Of a stretch of DNA of 64,000 nucleotides, positions 55,638-64,000 are shown piece by piece. Numbering within the stretch: the stretch's first letter is position 1; the number at the start of each line of letters is the position of its first letter. The DNA lies in the NCBI GenBank assembly GCA_002811645.1, contig PDIP01000006.1, positions 64,954 through 128,953 on the forward strand, read 5' to 3'. The translations under genes were made by a program, and so were the position numbers. The stretch is from Corallochytrium limacisporum Hawaii (lineage: Eukaryota; Protista; Pluriformea). The notes below the pieces were generated by a model. That model saw nothing but the letters and a program-made list of their open reading frames with translations, ran no database searches and was not told the origin of the DNA.

Positions 55638-58590
55638 GTCTTATCCTTTCATATCGATGACAAATCACAAGAGCTCTGCGCTCCTCCTTATCACTCAAGT
55701 CCAACTCCCTTCACCAAGCCATCACAAATTCGGCGCGTGGAAGGAGACCGGTGTTGTTCCCGCTTACACTATGGTATTCCTTATATACCCGGTTGGAGCC
55801 CCCAGCATAGTCAAGTCATGGATTTCTCTCTTCAGGCACTGTTGAGTACAGATTCTTTTGATTTAGTATAGAAAAATATTTGAATATATTCTATAAATAT
55901 TGTAATGAGCAATTGCTGATACTGACTAATTGGACTTCTGGTGCGCTCTGGATAGACACAATTACGAAACGACGGTGATTCAGTTTTGTTGTCCAGCACA
56001 TAGCAGTCACGGGGATGTACCTGTTCACTCTCTACGGACGGGGTTTGAGTAAGATTAAGAAGACCTTTGGGAGTTGGTATCCAGCACTGCCTTTCTCCTG
56101 CATCGCATATGTTACCGCACACACATCGATATTGATATGTACGTCGGCCATGCACCAGGAAGAACGTACCCCGCAACTGTACTGGAAGAAATATTAAAGC
56201 TGCACCATGTCTGTGCCATCTGTTTCATGCTCCCACATGGGATCAGTCACAGAGGGATACCATCAGCAGATATGTCGAAGTGATTCCACATAGATCCTGT
56301 CCGGATGCACACAATAGGCAATGCCGCAAATGTGGACAGCGGGCAAATTGGTACGGATGTGCTCAGTTTCCCAGGGAAGTAGGATTGCGTTGGGAAAGTG
56401 CTTTTGTGCACTAATCGCACACGTTGCGGTGCATGTGGTCCGGACCTTCACGGATTACACACGGCCGTCAGTATGCTCGCCGGCCGCCATGTCTGTGTGA
56501 ATGTCTACGACTGTCCTACAGTGCAGTTGGGAGCTTTGTGTTACCAAGCCTTAAAGCAGGGGTTCAGAGCACTTCACAGCTTCTAGCTTGCCCAAGATTT
56601 CGCACTGCTTCCCCTTCCTTCTATCTTGTGGTACTATTTGTTTCGAATGGAAAGAATGTCCCCAAAATAGGGGCCTTCAATGCTGCATAAGGAAAGGACG
56701 CTCTCGTATTGTATGAGTGAGATTAAGGTGTGTTGTGGAGCTGGACCTTCCACTGATCTCTGCTTGAAGGAGACGCACGAGAAGTCTAGAGTTGTGCCCA
56801 ACAGCACATTAGAGTAAACCTAGGTTGAACTTTGTGGCTCTACCACTATTTACATCTTAGCGACTGCAAGCGATCTTACTAGAAATTGAGCTCTCATTTG
56901 GTTTATTGACCGAAACTTTACGCCTGCATTCCGATACTCTGACCGAAGGCAAAGGGTATCAACCATCGTCATCAATACCCCTCTGTTCCAGCATCTCCTC
57001 CTTCGTAAAACAATAATGAAGTATCTTACATGTCCATCGGATCGATTTCCTTAGCCCTCCGCGGTGCTTGCCTGATTTCTATGGCTGATATGCCGTACTA
57101 CGCTGTCTCGAAATTGGTTCCGCGTGTAGGTGCGCGTGTATGTGCGTGGTAAACAGTACCCTCTGGTAGCACATGTTGAACCGATGACTCAACCTAACTG
57201 GGAGAGGGCGAAGACTTCGCTCCTACGCCGTTCCCCATGATGAGTACTGATGTCGGTTTGGCTTAATGGAGCTTAAAAGGGCAGGCGACGTGCTGACTAT
57301 AGATCCCCGATCCTCTAACCCAGCGCACCACATTGGCTAGTAATTACGAGCAAATATGAAATGTGCCACCTGATACCATCTCACCACATTGCCAGCCTCT
57401 TACAAAAAAGGCCGAAAATGTGTAGACATGGAATCTCCTATGTCTCATGTCTCCCGCAGAAAATGTGGCTTTCCCTTCCCCCTACGCGACGGTACCTTCC
57501 CCTTCAGTTCATCAGCCAGGCTACACTCTGCACAACCATGCAACCAACAAGCAGGCGCTCTCGCCCCGCGGCAACATTGACGCACCAAACGTCACATACT
57601 ATTCCACTTGTTTACTCCTGGAATTGCTTCTATGAAAATTTCGTCAAGTGTCCATCATCATCCAGATACATCACAACCCGCAAGAACGCACAAACCAACG
57701 TATACCTTCGTTGAAAAGCACGAACAATGGATAGGTACTGATCCGTGAAGAGATGGTATCACTGTCGACTGTACATGGTCCGTATAACATCAACACATGT
57801 ATCTTCGACCCCTACAAGCACGCACAAAACTGCGTAACACAACAGGATCCACAAAACGAGGAGAAGTAACTTGAAAAGTCCTTGAGATGGCCATCAAATT
57901 GTGCACAATAAATTCCAGTTGGTGTGGCGATTCAGTCTTATTCATTTTGTGTGCCGCATTCAGTCTGCGAAGCTATCACAGGCAATGGTTAGCGGCTCTT
58001 TGTATTCGTCCTATGAGATCGAGTTCTGCGTTCGGAACAAACAAATAAACTATCATACATACTCGGAGCTATTACAACTTCAGCGGATATCCAAGAATGG
58101 AATCAACAGCGTTCTCTTTCGCGGTGTTTTGGGCGGACACCAAAGTCAAGAGACGGTACACGCAATTGTTTTGGTTCCCTATTGGTGGTGTGTAGAATCG
58201 TGCACGTTATTTAACTGTTGGTCCGGAGATGGAACGTGTTTTTCAACGGAGGTGTGGGAGCTGAAACATCTTGGACCGGGTATAATGTTTGTGCCAGACA
58301 CCAAGCGATCGAATACATGGGCGGAAAGAAACATATCAAGAATATGCAATATAATTCACTTGGCATGCACTCCTAGTCGATTGATCAAATTTCTTAAGGA
58401 CGGGCCCAAATGGGTCTATGCAGGGTTAGTGGGGTTAAAATCTTCCGTGCCATCCTCCAAAGTTTGGGAGGGGTCCATTCTACTAAGGTTTGATATCCCG
58501 TTTCTCCCAATGCCGTGAAGTTCTCATAGAGGTCCTGCTCAGATTGAGTAATGGGGAGCACGCGATTCCGGCGGTGTCTTGTGTCTCGGA

Positions 58591-58770
58591 GCCTTTGCTC
58601 GCGAATACCACACGGGTGCACCAAAGGTCATGTGGTACTCTGGCAGTTATAGGTCATTCAGTACTAGTGAATTGAATTGGGCCTTTGCTCGCGAATACCA
58701 CACGGGTGCACCAAAGGTCATGTGGTACTCTGGCAGTTATAGGTCATTCAGTACTAGTGAATTGAATTGG
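58591..58770. repeat. Perfect 90-bp tandem duplication
   Basis: 58591-58680 is identical to 58681-58770. Confidence 0.95.
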
Positions 58771-59991
58771 AATTGCATCATCTGCTGACATGTACCCTCC
58801 CCTGTTCACACATTGCCCCTCGTGATTCATGGATAATTGCTAGAGGACATCTCCGCCGTAATGTTAATGGATCGCATCCCGTCAGGGTATACTTTCACAG
58901 GTTACCGTACCCTTAGTATATCAATGGAGTATTCAATAAACTCCAGTTTCCAGTCGAATGTGCCGATGTGCCGCACGGGAGTCTCGGTTCTCAGATGCTC
59001 TCCTGTAGTCCGATTCTAGTTTGATGGAGATCAGGTTGGCAGCCACAATAGACTACCGGTCAGAAACGACTTGCAAAATCTTAGTCCAAGCATAGGAAAC
59101 ACAAGGGGCTTGCGGGTAGAAAAGCAACGAAGGTCATTATTATCAAAAAGGGAAACCCGCGTTAATGTGGCCGCATTCCTATCTCTGGGAGCCATTGATC
59201 AGTCTCGCCAGCGCACCCTTCGGGCAGTAACAAAACAGGAGGAGTTTCGGAAAAACTCGGGAAGGATGAGAGAAAACGCCGCTGTCGGTGGAGGCACCGG
59301 AAGGACAGGGACCCGGCGGGGGGGGGGAGAGGAACGTAGGGGAGGAAGGTAAAATGGGGCATCGTGCAGCCTGCATGGTGTCCACCCGAGCGTCAAAATT
59401 AGCAGCAAGAATCACATCGAAGCGAACACTTCCAAATTTGTGCAAACGCAAGTGCATACGACGAGGACTACAGAAAGTTCTCGCGTACCTTTACCATCGT
59501 ATCCGCTTTGCTGGCTCGGACTAGAAGAAAACGAAGCCCTGGAGGTGCGCAGCGGTACTGTTGTGCCGACACCCATGGTCTGATATTTTGTTCTGTTTAT
59601 TTGGTGCTTCGCACACAGTCTGTGTGCTCGCCCAAGGAGAGTGCGTTCTGGGTAAAGAGAGCGCTGCCGGCCGAAACGGGGGGGACCGGGGGTTGGCGAG
59701 CCGAGACTGAAAGCTTTCAATCCATAAATCAAGGGTGGTTCTATTATTACAAAATACCAATCAGTGAACATCTCTATTTCCTGCTTGTTGAGTATTTGCT
59801 TCTATCATAATACATTGATTTAAATTGATTTGATTTCTAGCGCAATGTGGCATGCGACCCACCTTGAACGCCAGGAAAGCGGGTCGGTTGGCATTGTCGG
59901 AAGAGATTCATGTGGGCGGCATGTGTTACCTTGGTACATATCTCGACCAAGTATTTGGTATTTGGTAGACACAATATAGACACACACGTAG

Positions 59992-61132
<1,141 letters not shown>

Positions 61133-61138
<6 letters not shown>

Positions 61139-62251
61139 TGACGATTCGTTGTCTTCTTCTGCACTTAAGGCCTTCTCAAACTCTTTCATCAGCTTAATAT
61201 ACTTTCGCTTTAGAGTTCTGGCAGTTACAAGGTCCTTCTTCTGGATCTCAAGCACGTATTTGTTGATCATTTCCGTGTGTTTACGGAAATTTGCAAGAAT
61301 GACATTGTTTGTTGACTTGATAATGTCAGGGTTTTCAGCAAGAACCTTTTCACGATTCGCCAAATAATCAGGTCCTAGTGGGATAGTGATGCGAAAAAAC
61401 TGGAATATCTGGAACTTGCGGAATCCTTGCCTGCAAGAGATCCACTCGTCATCCTTCCAGATGACATGCTGAAATCCAGCGTCCTTCAGAGCGTTGCGTT
61501 GATCATTTCGTTCACGAATTTGACCCTCCAGGATATCTTGGAGGAACTTATCTTGATCCTTCACTTGAACCACAGCGTCCTTACACTCAGGGAGTGGGTT
61601 AGGGTACCAGGTTATGTTATCATCGTTGGGATCCATCAAGATCCGCAAAAAGGTGTCACGGCGCATTCGACTTTTGCGCTGCGACTTTAGTTCTGATGAT
61701 TTTGGCGCAGTCACAGAGTCCGGTACTGGATGCGACAACAAACCAGAGTCAAGCATATGATCTTGTCTGTAGTGCGCTGTCAAATCAGCATGTGGAGTAT
61801 GCCTGTCTCCGACACCTGTATCTGACTTTGACATTGCTTGTCCTGGATGGAGATTCTGTTGCTGATGTTGTTGCTGCATTATCTGCTGCATGACCATGTT
61901 GATCGAATGGTTTCCTGTCGATCCCAGTGGATATTGTGTTGGGATTACAGGATTCTGGTTGAGCAGCATCTTGTCGAATGTGTGCTGTTGTTGCTTTGTA
62001 TGATCTTGGTGCATTAGCCCGTACGGAACAGCGGTAGAACTCAGATTGTGTGGTTGAAACGCGTGAATGTAGGAACCTTGCACTCCACTGGAGTCAATAT
62101 GACCAACACTTTGCGGTGGAAACTGCATTGGGTTTGATCCCATCCCAGTCAGATCACCTCTGGTGTCCTGCTGTCCTGACTGCATTTGTCTTTGTTGTGA
62201 GGTATCAAAACCGCCACCCCCGAAAGGATTTGCGTTTTGTGGATTCGACAT
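61133..62251 (-). CDS. Q-rich protein with a divergent HSF-like winged-helix domain (putative transcription factor)
   Basis: Low-complexity Q/H/M N-terminus, then FLRILMDPNDDNITW..VVQVKDQDKFLQDIL..RNALKDAGFQHV, which follows the HSF DBD pattern. Confidence 0.7.
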
Positions 62252-63221
62252 GATAATCTGTAAAGGACTTCACATGGATGACTGGGTAAATAGACGGTGT
62301 CGCTGAGATGTGTCGCGCTCTGGTATACCTGCGGGATTAACTTTCGTAGGGTCTCGTTGTGTTGTGTCTTGTATACCATCCGGTCCATTTCCCAACGTTG
62401 CTTGAGAAAGTGCGAAAATTGTATTGTACCATTGTCTTGGTACCTCATCTGGTGCAAACTTCAAAGAAGATGGGGAAAGTTTAAATGGTGTCGACCTCAA
62501 CCTCGGTGACGCAAACTTTCCCCTCGTCGTCTTGACGGTAGTGCGCTTTCCCCCTTCTCTCCGCCCCCCCTCCTCAAGGTCCTCCTCCCTCACTTGTTCC
62601 CTCCTGAAGTGCGTGCCGTACGGTCCTCCTGATGCATTCGCCATGGCTGAATAGTACGGAGGACCGGCTTCGTTCCAATACTCGTTGCAACCCTGTCACA
62701 GTCGGGGGGCCTGCGCTATCAAACCAGATAAGCGAGCGAACCAGAAGGCGGTGCCTTGGTCTGGCCTGAGCTGTGAACGGAACGCGAGAACGTAGGAAGG
62801 AAAGACCAAAAAGGAGGGATGAGAAGGGGAAAAGAATCATCAAAGGTAAGGACTCTCGTAGCCATCAGGAGGGTGATGGACACGGGAGAAAATGTGTTTG
62901 GCCCGTGTGCGCTCAGGCCTGGCCTGTTTTTCTCGTTCCGTGTGGAGATACGGGCACACCACAGTGAAGGGGTGGTCGGAATGTGGATTGCCTGCAAGAA
63001 CATCAGTGTATGACATTGCTTCGCAGGGACCAAGTCCCCAAGGAGGCCCTCCCCTTTCTATTGCTCAAGGGAGAGCCTACAGTAACGGACATGGTGAGCA
63101 TGTATCCAAATCCAACTTCCCAGTCCACACCGAGGATGGGAAACGAAACTTTACCATGCTCGTGAAAGCGGCAGGACTCCTTTATGAACTCCACGATGGA
63201 CACAACTTTCTCCCTCTTCCC

Positions 63222-63272
63222 NNNNNNNNNNNNNNNNNNNNNNNNNNNNNNNNNNNNNNNNNNNNNNNNNNN
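63222..63272. other. Assembly gap at a poly-C tract
   Basis: N run followed directly by a C-run. Confidence 0.9.
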
Positions 63273-64000
63273 CCCCCCCCCCCCAGTCCACACCCATTCT
63301 CTTTGGGCCTCGACCGCACCCCTTCCCCCCTTTTCCGGGGCAGTCCTTTCCCCTTACTATCTCTCAGTCTCTCGACCTCTTGCGCTCCGTTTATTTGAGA
63401 CTTGGACTCCCCGATTCTGCGTTTGAGTGGGATGTTTCAGTCTATCATATTCCTATTTGCATTCCCTCCCCCGTCCTCGATAGGACGGCAACGGAACCCA
63501 CAAGTCACATAAATGCCACAGTTTAGTATACACCCATAGTCGCAGCATGCATTGCTCTGGGGCTACTGCTAGTGCTGCAGCATTTTGCATCCTGTGATCA
63601 TGGACAAAATCCAACCTCATTAAGCGACTTTGGTCGGATGATCCTTGGTTGTTCACCTTGGTGGAGTGTTCATGCTGGATTGGGTGTGCTGCCCCTTATT
63701 GCATCTTGCATGAACATAAGCGGTCCCTGGAGGGGACAAATTAACCTGTAATGCCACGTTCGCCAATTGTCACTAATAGAAGTATAATGTACAAAGGCAT
63801 CCAGTGTCGTTTCTGCAGTTCGTCCTTGGATGTAGGCCGAAGTTTCAGAAGAACAAGAAGTTATCAAAAGTCCGGCCAACGAGCAATAGCCAGAAAGACG
63901 CAATTTCATGACTTCCCACTGCAGTTGATCTGCGTTGTCTGGAGTGGGACGGGAACAGAGAGGGAGAAGGAGAGCGAAAGGGAGGGAAGGGTTGGAGGGG

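Overview
Eukaryotic nuclear DNA from a very intron-poor genome. It is probably a unicellular opisthokont/holozoan; that assignment is an inference from gene content, and a Corallochytrium-like organism would fit. About 17 protein genes are present: CTP synthase (5'-partial), REXO4, CSE1/exportin-2, an NDUFV3-like complex I subunit with an internal (EAAAKKADA)n repeat, UBXN11-like, a C2 + Rab11-FIP protein, ABCA transporter, CCT3, PPIL6-like cyclophilin, an unknown helical protein, haspin, a secreted bacterial-type glycoside hydrolase-like protein, two HSF paralogues, a LisH/LUFS Q-rich regulator, RAE1, DIM1 and a divergent HSF-like protein. Only two introns are clear, both GTAAGT...TACTAACCT...YAG. 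The main unexplained signal is selective gene breakage. All housekeeping genes are intact, but the two cilium-associated genes carry five single-base-deletion (-1) frameshifts (UBXN11-like four, PPIL6-like one), and the LisH regulator is split by one in-frame TAG. Possible causes are flagellar/developmental gene decay in progress, recoding/editing, or assembly error. There is also a candidate structured, possibly spliced non-coding locus at about 25.0-25.8 kb, and recurrent C-run/G-run palindromes in intergenic DNA. All family assignments are from motif recognition by eye, not database searches.
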